A DNA stretch of 64,000 bases from Pseudomonadota bacterium (GTDB lineage Bacteria > Pseudomonadota > Alphaproteobacteria > UBA1280 > RI-95). Made by a program: the position numbers and the translations under genes. Under the pieces are notes generated by a model. That model was not told where the DNA came from, searched no databases, and saw only the letters and a program-made list of their open reading frames with translations. The DNA lies in the NCBI GenBank assembly GCA_016125375.1, contig WGLU01000004.1, positions 82,363 to 146,362 of the forward strand, given 5' to 3'. Below, piece by piece: positions 18,957-28,634 of this stretch (its first letter is position 1; every line of letters starts with the position of its first letter).

Positions 18957-19400
18957 ATGACGATTAAAGTAAACGACAGCAAAAGCGTCAGCAGCACCAG
19001 CAAGAAAAAGAAAACATCCGGCGCCGCCAAGTCCGGTGAAGGATCTTTTGCCAGCATGATTGACAGTGCCAGCGCCACCGGCGCGGCAGAGGCCACCACA
19101 TCGCTCAGCAGCGTAGGCGGTGTCGCTCCCCGCGTGTACGAGGACGCCATCGGCGATGATGTGCCCCGCGATGCCCGCGGCCGCAGCTCCTATCTGCTGG
19201 AAAAACTCGACGACCTGCAAAAGGATATTCTGGCCGGCGACCCGACTGTCGCGCTGGAAAAAATCCGCCACGCACTGGCGACCGAGGCGATTGACCGCAA
19301 CGAACTGCCACCCAAGGTACGCGCCCTGATGGACGAAATCGATATGCGTGCATCGGTAGAAATTGCCAAGGCCGAAGTGGGCAAAAAGCGCAGCGTGTAG
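18957..19400 (+). CDS. Hypothetical protein embedded in the fliQR-flhB operon
   Basis: 147-aa ORF with an ATGA overlap with the fliR stop and a 16-nt gap to flhB. It has a Ser/Ala/Lys-rich N-terminus, a helical C-terminus and good codon usage. Confidence 0.55.
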   Translation: MTIKVNDSKSVSSTSKKKKTSGAAKSGEGSFASMIDSASATGAAEATTSLSSVGGVAPRVYEDAIGDDVPRDARGRSSYLLEKLDDLQKDILAGDPTVALEKIRHALATEAIDRNELPPKVRALMDEIDMRASVEIAKAEVGKKRSV

Positions 19401-19416
19401 GCTGTAACGGGCGCCC

Positions 19417-20556
19417 ATGTCGGAAGAGGATAAGAGTTCAAAGACCGAAGAGCCTTCCGAGCGAAAGCTCGAGAAGGCCCGTGAACAAGGTCAGGTCCCC
19501 AAATCCCGCGAAGTGAACAACTTCTTTATGCTGATGGGCATGGCCCTTGCCCTGTCCTTTACCATTCCGCCCATGATGGGTGACCTGCGCGATATTCTGG
19601 GCACTATCCTGCAAGAGGCCGGATTACAGGCCGATGGTGGTGTTGGCAGCGGTGGCCTTGCAGAAATCATGGTCTACAAAATGGTGCTGGCCACACTGCC
19701 AACCATGTTCATCCTGCTGTTATTTTCCGTTGCCGGCGGGTTCATCCAGACCGGTCCGCTCATCGCTTACGAGGCGATTCAGCCCAAGCTCGCCCGCATC
19801 AGCATCATGAAGGGGCTGGGGCGTATGTTTGGCCTCAAATCTGTTGTCGAACTGCTCAAGTCCATTGCCAAAATGGCCATTATCGGCGGCGTTATGTGGA
19901 TGGTCATGGCCAGCTATAAGGTGCAGATGGCCCAGTCCACCGATTACGATATTGTCGGCAGCGTGCTGCTGGTGCAGGAGATTCTGCTCAAAAGTATTCT
20001 GGGCGTGCTGGCCATTGCGGCCCTGCTGGCGATTATGGACTACCTCTATCAGCGGTTCGACTTCATGCAGGAACAACGCATGACCAAGCAGGAGCTGAAG
20101 GACGAATACAAGGAAACGCAGGGCGACCCCTTCGTCAAAAACCGTCAGCGCCAAATCCGTATGGAACGTGCCCGCCAGCGGATGATGCAGGAGGTCCCCA
20201 AATCACAGGTGGTGGTGACCAACCCGACGCACTTTGCGGTTGCCCTGTCCTACGACCGGGACAAGGATGCCGCGCCGCGTGTTGTTGCCAAGGGTGCGGA
20301 CCATATTGCCCAAAAGATCCGTGAACTCGCGACCGAGAACGGGGTGCCGCTGCTGGAAGATCCGCCGCTTGCCCGCGCGCTCTACGAAATGGTGGATGTG
20401 GACAGTGAGGTGCCGCTTGATTTGTACGAGGCGGTCGCGCAGGTTATCTCCTACGTGTTTGCCATGGGGCAAGGGCGCAAGACCTCCTACCAGTCCAAGG
20501 GGCTATCCAGTGCGGTGAAGGAAAAACTTGGCGATAAACTGCCAGCCGCACAGTAG
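19417..20556 (+). CDS. flhB: Flagellar export apparatus protein FlhB
   Basis: 379-aa ORF with four transmembrane segments and the NPTH autocleavage motif (VVVTNPTHFAVALSY). Confidence 0.9.
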   Translation: MSEEDKSSKTEEPSERKLEKAREQGQVPKSREVNNFFMLMGMALALSFTIPPMMGDLRDILGTILQEAGLQADGGVGSGGLAEIMVYKMVLATLPTMFILLLFSVAGGFIQTGPLIAYEAIQPKLARISIMKGLGRMFGLKSVVELLKSIAKMAIIGGVMWMVMASYKVQMAQSTDYDIVGSVLLVQEILLKSILGVLAIAALLAIMDYLYQRFDFMQEQRMTKQELKDEYKETQGDPFVKNRQRQIRMERARQRMMQEVPKSQVVVTNPTHFAVALSYDRDKDAAPRVVAKGADHIAQKIRELATENGVPLLEDPPLARALYEMVDVDSEVPLDLYEAVAQVISYVFAMGQGRKTSYQSKGLSSAVKEKLGDKLPAAQ

Positions 20557-20828
20557 ACCTTCTAAAGGACTTGCATTCTAAAGCGTGCTTGACTATCTCT
20601 GGAGTATGTTTAGCTCTCTTCAAACATCACAGTATTCTAAACCAGCATCGGATCTTGCCAAATCCGCGCCCGCTCGTGTGCGCGTATTTGGCTGTTTCAA
20701 GATCTGACTACAGCTTAAATCACGTCTGTTTTGTCAGCTTGTGCAGCCGCCAGGCTGGCAGTTCATTATCCTAAAATAACCTAGCGATATGTTCTGCCCA
20801 ATCATTCCCCGAATGAACGGTAAGAACG

Positions 20829-21368
20829 ATGAAATTTCAGAAATATACACGGCGGTCCAAGGACCGTCCGGATGACGCTTGTCATACTAACAAAAAGGCC
20901 CGGAAAAGCTGGCAGGAAGACGCCGATAAAGATTTTCGGTGCTGTCAATGCAGGCAAATGATTTACAGCACGCCGGTTATGGGAACCCGGCATCGTAACC
21001 ATTGCCCGTACTGTTTGTGGTCGAAACACGTTGATACAAAGCCTGGCAACAGGCAGTCGGACTGTCATGGGCGCATGGAACCTATCGCCCTGACGCTCAA
21101 ATACAACGGTTACGACAAATACGGTAAAACGCGGCTGGGTGATGTGATGACCGTTCACATGTGCAGAACATGCGGGCAAATCAACATCAACCGTATTGCC
21201 AGCGATGACTGTGTGGTTCAACTGGGCCATCTGTTCAGAAATGCCATGTGTTTGGATGCCACCATGAGGCAGCGGCTCTCTGCTGAGAATATCATGCTCA
21301 TAGAGGCCGCAGACGAAGAGGTGCTTCGTACGGCGCTTTTTGGCAAGGACACCAAAACGGCTATCTGA
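20829..21368 (+). CDS. RNHCP domain-containing protein (Cys-rich, function unknown)
   Basis: 179-aa ORF with the GTRHRNHCPYCLWSKH signature and several CxxC pairs (CCQC, CPYC, CRTC). It is preceded by a 270-nt low-GC leader. Confidence 0.7.
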   Translation: MKFQKYTRRSKDRPDDACHTNKKARKSWQEDADKDFRCCQCRQMIYSTPVMGTRHRNHCPYCLWSKHVDTKPGNRQSDCHGRMEPIALTLKYNGYDKYGKTRLGDVMTVHMCRTCGQININRIASDDCVVQLGHLFRNAMCLDATMRQRLSAENIMLIEAADEEVLRTALFGKDTKTAI

Positions 21369-21428
21369 TACGGCACATAGTGCTGCAATAAAAAGAACCG
21401 CCCCCAAACGGGGGCGGTTCTGCGTTTG

Positions 21429-22169
21429 TTATATCAGGCCGCGGTCACGGGCGGCGCGGACAATATCCTGCATCGGCACGATAAAGCTGGCATGGTGCCA
21501 GCCCCGTTCCGGAAAGGCCTTGGCCTGTGCCGAGGTGACGCGCTGGATGACCATCCCCACCACGTTGCCGTCCGAATCGAACAGGGCGGAACCGGAGTCC
21601 CCCTGCATGGTCGGATGGTCGGTGACGGTAAGGTTGTCATGCTGGGTGAACAGCCAGTCCGTCGTGAAACGGAAGTCGTTCACACTGGCGTTTTCGTAGA
21701 GGATACGGCCATAGACCGGTTCCTCCGCCCGCAACACCGTGGTGATGCCGAACGGCGTGCGCAGCATCAGCAGGCGGTCATTGTCGGTAATCGCGGAGCT
21801 GTCACCGACACCGGCGGCACTGCCCACAAGGTCCGGCACGTGAATGAAGGCGATGTCCGCCTCCGTCACGATGGTGACCTTGTCCAGATTGACGGCAATC
21901 ATGCCGCCACCTTTGGGGTGCACGTAGATCCACATGGCATTTTCCACCACGTGGCGCGCCGTACAGACCAGACCGCAGTCCAGCAGAAAAGCGCTGGCGC
22001 GGCAGGGGTAACGGGTACCCTCGTAACGCACGGAAATGCCGATGGTCGTGGCCGATGTCTTGCGGTAAAGCAAGCGTTGGGTCAGCCGCAGCCACCAATG
22101 GGAGAAGAAGAACATAAGCTGTCCTTTTGGGTCAGAGCGGAGCGAGAAAAGGGAACGTTGTGTATACAA
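21429..22169 (-). CDS. Trypsin-like (S1/chymotrypsin fold) serine peptidase with N-terminal hydrophobic segment
   Basis: Catalytic blocks CTARHVV (His) and GDSGSALFD (Ser). The start may alternatively be MFFF at 22115. Confidence 0.7.
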   Translation of the reverse strand: MYTQRSLFSLRSDPKGQLMFFFSHWWLRLTQRLLYRKTSATTIGISVRYEGTRYPCRASAFLLDCGLVCTARHVVENAMWIYVHPKGGGMIAVNLDKVTIVTEADIAFIHVPDLVGSAAGVGDSSAITDNDRLLMLRTPFGITTVLRAEEPVYGRILYENASVNDFRFTTDWLFTQHDNLTVTDHPTMQGDSGSALFDSDGNVVGMVIQRVTSAQAKAFPERGWHHASFIVPMQDIVRAARDRGLI

Positions 22170-22269
22170 AGCACCTTGCCGGAAAAGGCGGTAACGCGCA
22201 ATAAGAAAAGGCTGCGGAGGGGGAGTCCGCAGCCCTTTCCGGGGGGGAGAGAAATGGAGCGTCTATACG

Positions 22270-22998
22270 TTAGAACGGCATCCATTTATCCAGGAAACGC
22301 ACACCGGCTGGCGGCTCCTGAGCTTCGTCCACAAGGCCCTTACCGGAGTAGGAAATACGGGCCTCGGCAACTTTTTCCGAGTCAATGGTGTTGGTGGAGC
22401 TGATGTCCTCGGGGCGGACAATGCCCTGAATGCTCATCTGCTGCATTTCGTAGTTCACCATCATTTCACGTGTGCCTTGTACAACCAGGTATCCGTTCGG
22501 CAACACCTGGGTCACAACAGCGGCAATGCGTGCATCCAGTTTGTCTGTACGGTCGGTTTTGGCATCGCCGTTAAAGTCACGGTTGCTGTCGGTGTTCACC
22601 AGACCGCCTGTACCCAGCGGCAGGCCGCGGGCGGCCAGTTTGCCGGTCAGGTTCAGCAGATTGGTCACGCCGGACATGTTGTTGTGGGTCTTGTTGGTCT
22701 GGGTTTTGGCATCTACGGCACCGGTGGCGCTTTCGGAGATGATGATGGTCAAAATATCACCCACGTTGGCGGCGCGGCTGTCCTTGAAGAACTCCTTGGC
22801 ACCCGGGCGCCACAGGGAGCCGGGGTTGCGCTCCGCAGGCTGCGGAATCATCACCGATGTCGGCACAATCGGTGCCTGAGCTGCTTGTGCCAGGCTCTGG
22901 GCAATGGGTGTATGTGTGGGGTGTTCTGTGTAGGCGCACCCTGCCAGCGGCAACGCTGCCAGCACCAGTGCGTAGGTGGTCTTAAACATGGTCTTCAT
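22270..22998 (-). CDS. flgH: Flagellar L-ring lipoprotein FlgH
   Basis: 242-aa ORF with an LAGC lipobox and the FlgH conserved core. Confidence 0.9.
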   Translation of the reverse strand: MKTMFKTTYALVLAALPLAGCAYTEHPTHTPIAQSLAQAAQAPIVPTSVMIPQPAERNPGSLWRPGAKEFFKDSRAANVGDILTIIISESATGAVDAKTQTNKTHNNMSGVTNLLNLTGKLAARGLPLGTGGLVNTDSNRDFNGDAKTDRTDKLDARIAAVVTQVLPNGYLVVQGTREMMVNYEMQQMSIQGIVRPEDISSTNTIDSEKVAEARISYSGKGLVDEAQEPPAGVRFLDKWMPF

Positions 22999-23019
22999 GG
23001 GTCTCTCCTCCCTTGGTCT

Positions 23020-23484
23020 CTAGTTGACCTGAATGGTGCCGTCTTCCATGACGGTACCGGTAATCACACGCGATGACAGTTCGGTCATCAGGCGAACCGT
23101 TTCGCCGGCACCGCCGTCCTCCAGCAGTTTGCCGTCGGTTTGCAGGTGCAGGCCACGAGCCTGAAAATACACCGTGACAGTGGCACCTTTACGGGCCAGA
23201 GGCGGCTTGCGTACAGTACGCTGGGTAATCGGGCTGCCCGGATACAGGGTGCGCATGGCTTCCCGTCCGATCAGGTCAGCTTTGTGCAGTACGGTACCGC
23301 TGGGCAGGCCGCGGCCTGTCATGTCGCGGATTTCGATATCAGCGTCGCTGATAAGCTCCCCGGCCTGAATGGTGCGTGTCACGGTTGGTATTTGTTGCGG
23401 CATGTTTTGTTCGCCTGCCGCGGCGTTGACCGCATACATCAGGCCGGCGGCAGTCAGGGCGCAGCGGCTGAGTTTGCAAATCAT
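23020..23484 (-). CDS. flgA: Flagellar P-ring formation chaperone FlgA
   Basis: 154-aa ORF with a signal peptide and a SAF-like C-terminal domain. It sits between flgG and flgH as in other alphaproteobacteria. Confidence 0.75.
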   Translation of the reverse strand: MICKLSRCALTAAGLMYAVNAAAGEQNMPQQIPTVTRTIQAGELISDADIEIRDMTGRGLPSGTVLHKADLIGREAMRTLYPGSPITQRTVRKPPLARKGATVTVYFQARGLHLQTDGKLLEDGGAGETVRLMTELSSRVITGTVMEDGTIQVN

Positions 23485-23510
23485 GGCTCTTCTCCCTTAA
23501 AGCTTAGCTA

Positions 23511-24293
23511 TTAGCGGATCTGGTTGACCGAGTTGAGCATCTCGTCGACGGTAGAAATCACACGCGAGTTCAGCTCATAGGCACGTTGTGCGCTAATCAG
23601 GTCGGTTACCGCGGTAATCGGGTCCACGTTGGAGGACTCAAGAAAGCCCTGCAGCAAGGTACCGGTACCGTTTTCGTTGGGGTTGTTGGGTACACCTACG
23701 CCGGAAACATCGGTTTCCTTGTAGTAGTTATTACCCATGTTCTCGAGGCCGGCCTCGTTGATGAACATTGTCAACTGGAGCTGGCCGAGGTTGGTGACAA
23801 CACCACCGACCTTTGCCGAAACCACACCCAGGTCGCTGATGCTGACTTCCAGCGCGTCATCGGGGATAACGATGTTCGGGTCGACGGTGTAACCTTCTTT
23901 GGTCACCAACGTACCGGTGTTATCGATGTTGAAGGCACCATCACGGGTGTAGGCGAAGGTACCGTCCGGCAAGTTAATGCGGAAGAAACCACGGCCTTGA
24001 ATACCCAAGTCGAAGGTGTTCTCTGTTTTGGTCAGGTTACCCTGTTCCATAATTTTGTAGATGGAACCAATGTTCACACCCAGACCTACCTGAGCACCGG
24101 TTGGTGATGCGGTGGCGTTGTTGGAGGTCAGGGCGCCGACGGCGATGGGTGCCTGATAAATCAAGTCACGGAAGGCCGACTTCTGGCGTTTGAAACCTGT
24201 CGTGTTCAAGTTGGCGATGTTGTTAGAAAGCACGTCCACGTTAGTCTGCTGAGCCAGCATACCTGTGGCGGCGGTGCGCAGTGCGTTCATCAT
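23511..24293 (-). CDS. flgG: Flagellar distal rod protein FlgG
   Basis: 260-aa ORF with MMNALRTAATGMLAQQTNVDVLSNNIANLNTTGFKRQ and a conserved C-terminus. Confidence 0.9.
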   Translation of the reverse strand: MMNALRTAATGMLAQQTNVDVLSNNIANLNTTGFKRQKSAFRDLIYQAPIAVGALTSNNATASPTGAQVGLGVNIGSIYKIMEQGNLTKTENTFDLGIQGRGFFRINLPDGTFAYTRDGAFNIDNTGTLVTKEGYTVDPNIVIPDDALEVSISDLGVVSAKVGGVVTNLGQLQLTMFINEAGLENMGNNYYKETDVSGVGVPNNPNENGTGTLLQGFLESSNVDPITAVTDLISAQRAYELNSRVISTVDEMLNSVNQIR

Positions 24294-24327
24294 GGTTTTA
24301 CTCTCCCTTTAAAACCTGTTTGATTAC

Positions 24328-25068
24328 CTATTGCGGGATTCGTGCCAAATCGCGGATAGCGGTGGTTTCCGAGTCCTCGATTGTGGTCATTGCCCGCACG
24401 GCCGACTGGTACGCGCGCAAGGCGGCGGTCATCTGGGCCGTTTCAAGAATGGGGTTAACGTTGGTGCCTTCCAGCGAACCCTGAAATACTTGGGGGTTCT
24501 GCACGGGTTGTGGCGGGTTGGTGGCAGGATCGTTGTAATACACCCCGTTACCGGCGCGGACCAGCTTCTGCGGGTCGGCAAAGGTGTACACGCCAATACG
24601 CGTGAGCAGGCCATCTTCTGTCGAGATGGAGCCATCCCGTGCAATGCTGACGGTTTTGTCCTGTGGCAGGTTGATAGGCGCGTTGTTGATATCCAGCACC
24701 TGTTCGCCGTCTACGGTGGTCAGGTTGCCGCCGATGTCCAGCTGGAACGAGCCCAGCCGGCTATATTTCGGCTGGCCGGATGCCTTGTCCTGTACGGCAA
24801 AAAAACCTTCCCCTTGCAGGGCCAGGTCATACATGTTGTCGGTACGTTCCAGTGTGCCGTCCTCAAAAACGATACGGACGGGCTTGTTTTCGGTAAATGA
24901 ACCGGCCGGATGCACAGGCGTGCCCCCGATGGTCTCTTTCATATCTTGCGTCAAGCGCTTAAAACCGTGGGTATTGGCGTTGGCCACGTTATCGGCCACC
25001 ATATCCATACGCTTGTTCTGACCGATCATACGGCTAGCAAGAACGTAGACGCTACCTCCGCTGTTCAT
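24328..25068 (-). CDS. flgF: Flagellar proximal rod protein FlgF
   Basis: It carries the MVADNVANANTHGFKR rod motif. The start was placed at ATG 25068, which has a GGAGAG ribosome-binding site. Confidence 0.85.
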   Translation of the reverse strand: MNSGGSVYVLASRMIGQNKRMDMVADNVANANTHGFKRLTQDMKETIGGTPVHPAGSFTENKPVRIVFEDGTLERTDNMYDLALQGEGFFAVQDKASGQPKYSRLGSFQLDIGGNLTTVDGEQVLDINNAPINLPQDKTVSIARDGSISTEDGLLTRIGVYTFADPQKLVRAGNGVYYNDPATNPPQPVQNPQVFQGSLEGTNVNPILETAQMTAALRAYQSAVRAMTTIEDSETTAIRDLARIPQ

Positions 25069-25344
25069 GGTCTTTCTCTCCCGGTGTTTATTCCCCCGCA
25101 AGTGGCATCTTGCCTGCTTGCTGCCCTATCAATGCACAGGGCGTGCCAAAGTGGCGGGTGAATAATTTCCATTTGTTTTTGAAGCCACGTGACGAGTCGG
25201 GTATCCTTTAAGGGCGTGTGGAGAGAAACGCAGGGTGTCAGTTGCCCGTTGGCGCGGTTTTTTACATGCATTCATAAGACGTTGTGCTAACCTACTTAAA
25301 GCGGCACAATAAAGAACAACAATAAGTTTAGGGCCCTCCGAACA

Positions 25345-26067
25345 ATGAGAGACGCTCCCGGCATTCTGCAGGACATCCGAACCATCCGTGATATCGAGGC
25401 CTCCCTCGAGGAGGCGGAAGCCTTTATTTCCCGCGTGAAAACCAATAAGGTCCGCCTCACGCTGAGCAATGGCGCCTACAGTGTGTCCCGTGAGGAGATG
25501 GCTAAAATCGCCGACCTGATTACCACGCTGGAGCGTTCCGGCAAAGCGCTGGAGACAGCCGTCCACTACCTGCGCGACCTGATGGCGTATGATGAAGTGA
25601 CGCAGATGTTCTCCCGCCGCTATATTTTCCACTTAGTAGAAAAAGAGCTCTACCGCGCCAAGCGCTACGACACACACTTCTCCGTTATTGCCTTTGAAAT
25701 GGACCCCATCAAGGATGGCGGTATCCACATCGGTATGGAAGATATGAACCTGCTGGTGGGCGAGGCTGCCCGTACTATCCGCAAGTTCATCCGCGACAGT
25801 GACTCGCCCGGCCGCACGTCCGAGCGTACCTTCATGGCCCTCCTGCCGGAGACTGATGCCAAGGGCGCGCTGATTCTGGCCGAGCGTATCCGTAAATCCG
25901 TAGACCGTAATTACGACTTGTCCAACGGCAAGGTCAACATGACCATGAGCGGCGGCATTATCGAAAGCCGTGACCCTGCCGTCGCCGATATGGCCGGTCT
26001 GCTGTATGTTATGGACCAAAAGCTTTCCGAAGCACGGGCCAAAGGCCCGAACTGCATCGTCAAGTAG
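25345..26067 (+). CDS. Degenerate GGDEF-domain protein (likely non-catalytic c-di-GMP-related regulator)
   Basis: 240-aa ORF whose C-terminal 160 aa resemble a GGDEF fold (RYDTHFSVIAFEMD ... GRTSERTFMALLPETD). The GG[DE]EF signature is replaced. Confidence 0.55.
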   Translation: MRDAPGILQDIRTIRDIEASLEEAEAFISRVKTNKVRLTLSNGAYSVSREEMAKIADLITTLERSGKALETAVHYLRDLMAYDEVTQMFSRRYIFHLVEKELYRAKRYDTHFSVIAFEMDPIKDGGIHIGMEDMNLLVGEAARTIRKFIRDSDSPGRTSERTFMALLPETDAKGALILAERIRKSVDRNYDLSNGKVNMTMSGGIIESRDPAVADMAGLLYVMDQKLSEARAKGPNCIVK

Positions 26068-26108
26068 GCCCATGTATGGTCAAGGTCGCCCCTGAACAGG
26101 AAATCTTT

Positions 26109-28565
26109 ATGGACTTTAGAGATATCGAAGTTCTGCCCGTTCTGGTCATTGCGGCCGATGCGGATTTTGCCAAGACCATCCAAAAACGCTTGGGTACCCT
26201 CGACGTTTTTAAAAAGCGCGAGGTGGTCTGCGTTGCCGATACAGCCAAATCCATCAAGGCCTGCCTGAAGCTGGACAGCCGTTACGGTCTGATTTTTATC
26301 GATACCCGCCTGAGCAGTATTGATCCGGGTGAGCTTTATAAGCTGGCCGATGGTCAGGAAAACGGTCCCATTGTCGTGTTTGTCGAGGATAACGACCCCC
26401 ATATGGAACCCCTGCGGGATTTGGGCGCGCCGTATTTTCTGCAAAAGGAACTGGCTACACCGCTGGCGTTGAAAGACGCGCTGCGCGGGTCCGCCCAGCA
26501 CTTTGGCCTGCGTTCGGCACTCAAAAAATCCGAACACCGTTTCCGCGCCATGGCCGACCACCTGTCGGATGCGCTGGTGTTTATTGCACCAACGGCGGAG
26601 AAGCAAAAGCCGGCGGACTATGCCATCACGTTCTATAACCCCTCTGCGGCAGACCTGTTCTTTACAGGTAAGCCGCTGGGCAACCTGCAAGGGTGCCGGG
26701 CCGGCGACTATTTGACCGCCGTTGACTGGGAAACCGTTGAACACCTGATTGCCAAGGTGCAGCGGACAGGCACATCGGCCGAGACCGAGGTCTCCACACC
26801 GATTGATAATGTCACGCGGTGGTTCCGCATTCAGGCCGTGCCGTCAGGGAACGACATTGCCGTCTTCTTCCGCGACATCAGCCAGCGTAAAAGCTACGAG
26901 GAACGTCTGAACTTTTCCGAGAAACGCTTCCGCGACATCGCCGACAGTTTCTCCGACTGGCTGTGGGAAATTGATACCGAAGGTATGATTACCTTCGCGT
27001 CCCGTGGCCGCTCCAAGGTTGGTAAAGGCATCCGTAAGGGCGCCCATTTCAGCACCTGCTTCCTGCCCGAAGACCGTAAAAAAGTGCGCGAAGACCTGGT
27101 CGAGATGTTCAAGATTCATGAGCCGTTCTATGACCGCGAGTATTGGGGTCTGGATACGGAAGGCATGCGCGTCTGCTGGGAGGTTTCCGGCGTGCCGATG
27201 TTCGATGCCGATGGCACCTTTATCGGCTACCGCGGTATTTCCAAGGACGTGTCCATCGAGCGGGCCTCGCAGGACCAGCTGTTCTATCTGGCCAATAACG
27301 ACACATTGACCGGTTTGTTCAACCGGGGCCGTTTCTATGACGAGCTCAAACGCCAGATACGCACTATGCGCCGCTATAACCGTCAGGGCGCGTTGATGCT
27401 GATGGACCTTGACCGGTTCAAGTATGTGAACGACACCTTTGGCCACGAAGCAGGGGACAGCCTGCTCATCAACGTTGCTCACGTCCTGCGCGATGCTGTG
27501 CGCTCCAGCGATATCGTTGCCCGCCTCGGCGGCGACGAGTTTGCCGTTATTCTGCCGGAGGTCGACCCGAACGAGGTCATCTCCCGTACCAGTCAGCTGC
27601 TCGACAAGATGAAGAACGCAGGTTTCAATTACGAAGGCCATGACCTCTCGGTCGGTGCCAGTATCGGCGTAGTCATGTTCCCGGCGCAGGGCAATGCGGC
27701 TGGAGAGCTGCTCTCCAAAGCCGATATCGCCATGTACCGCGCCAAGCAGGAGGGCCGGAACCGGATGCACGTGTACGACGAATCAGCCGTACGCGACCAC
27801 AGCATGGCCCAACGCATTGAGGTTGTTGATTTTATCCTCAAATGTCTGGACGAGGACCGGGTCGAGCTGCATTACCAGCCCATCATTCCGTTGCAGACAG
27901 GGGACCGTACCGTCAAGCACTACGAAGTACTGTGCCGGATGATTGATGACGAGGGCAAGATCGTCCCCCCCATCAAGTTTATCGAGACCGCAGAGGACTT
28001 TGGTCTTATCAGCCGGATTGACGAATATGTATGCACCAAGGCACTGGCTCGCCTGAAGGATGCGCGGGACGAGGGGCGTGATATTTCGTTCGCCATCAAC
28101 CTGTCCGGTATTACCTTTGACGACGAGGAAGTCCTCAAGCGTATCGGCCAGATTCTGGAAGAATCCAACATTCCTCCCGGCAAGGTGATTTTCGAGATTA
28201 CCGAAACAGCAGCGCTCCGCGATATTGGCCGTGCCCAGCGGTCCATCCGCGAGCTGAAGCGCTACGGGTGCGAGTTTGCGCTGGACGACTTTGGTGTGGG
28301 TTATTCGTCCTTCAACTACATCAAGCACCTGGACATCGATTATCTGAAAATCGACGGTTCCTTCGTCCGCAACCTGCTGGAGAGCGAGGACGACCGTGTG
28401 TTCGTAAAAGCTCTGGCTGATGTGGCCCGCGGTATGAGTATTAAAACCATTGCCGAAATGGTCGAGGACGAGAACGTTGTCCAATACCTCTACGAGCTGG
28501 GTATCGATTACGGTCAGGGCTACCACTTCGGCCGTCCCAAGCCCAAGCTGCTGGACGAGGAATAA
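26109..28565 (+). CDS. Multidomain c-di-GMP protein: REC-like - PAS - PAS - GGDEF - EAL
   Basis: Intact GGDEF (RLGGDEFAVIL) and EAL (EVLCRM ... EITE ... DDFGVGYSS) motifs. The start was set at MDFRDIEV because AGGAAA precedes that ATG. Confidence 0.85.
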   Translation: MDFRDIEVLPVLVIAADADFAKTIQKRLGTLDVFKKREVVCVADTAKSIKACLKLDSRYGLIFIDTRLSSIDPGELYKLADGQENGPIVVFVEDNDPHMEPLRDLGAPYFLQKELATPLALKDALRGSAQHFGLRSALKKSEHRFRAMADHLSDALVFIAPTAEKQKPADYAITFYNPSAADLFFTGKPLGNLQGCRAGDYLTAVDWETVEHLIAKVQRTGTSAETEVSTPIDNVTRWFRIQAVPSGNDIAVFFRDISQRKSYEERLNFSEKRFRDIADSFSDWLWEIDTEGMITFASRGRSKVGKGIRKGAHFSTCFLPEDRKKVREDLVEMFKIHEPFYDREYWGLDTEGMRVCWEVSGVPMFDADGTFIGYRGISKDVSIERASQDQLFYLANNDTLTGLFNRGRFYDELKRQIRTMRRYNRQGALMLMDLDRFKYVNDTFGHEAGDSLLINVAHVLRDAVRSSDIVARLGGDEFAVILPEVDPNEVISRTSQLLDKMKNAGFNYEGHDLSVGASIGVVMFPAQGNAAGELLSKADIAMYRAKQEGRNRMHVYDESAVRDHSMAQRIEVVDFILKCLDEDRVELHYQPIIPLQTGDRTVKHYEVLCRMIDDEGKIVPPIKFIETAEDFGLISRIDEYVCTKALARLKDARDEGRDISFAINLSGITFDDEEVLKRIGQILEESNIPPGKVIFEITETAALRDIGRAQRSIRELKRYGCEFALDDFGVGYSSFNYIKHLDIDYLKIDGSFVRNLLESEDDRVFVKALADVARGMSIKTIAEMVEDENVVQYLYELGIDYGQGYHFGRPKPKLLDEE

Positions 28566-28634
28566 CCCCCGTTCTCATTGACCAAATGGTCTAAATGACG
28601 CACCATACTCCTCCACCCGCAGGAGGAGCAGAAC

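Noticed and set aside
20802-21407. 201-aa minus-strand ORF
   Set aside because: It is antisense to the RNHCP-domain gene. The plus frame carries the exact R-N-H-C-P signature and CxxC pairs. The minus frame has no motif.
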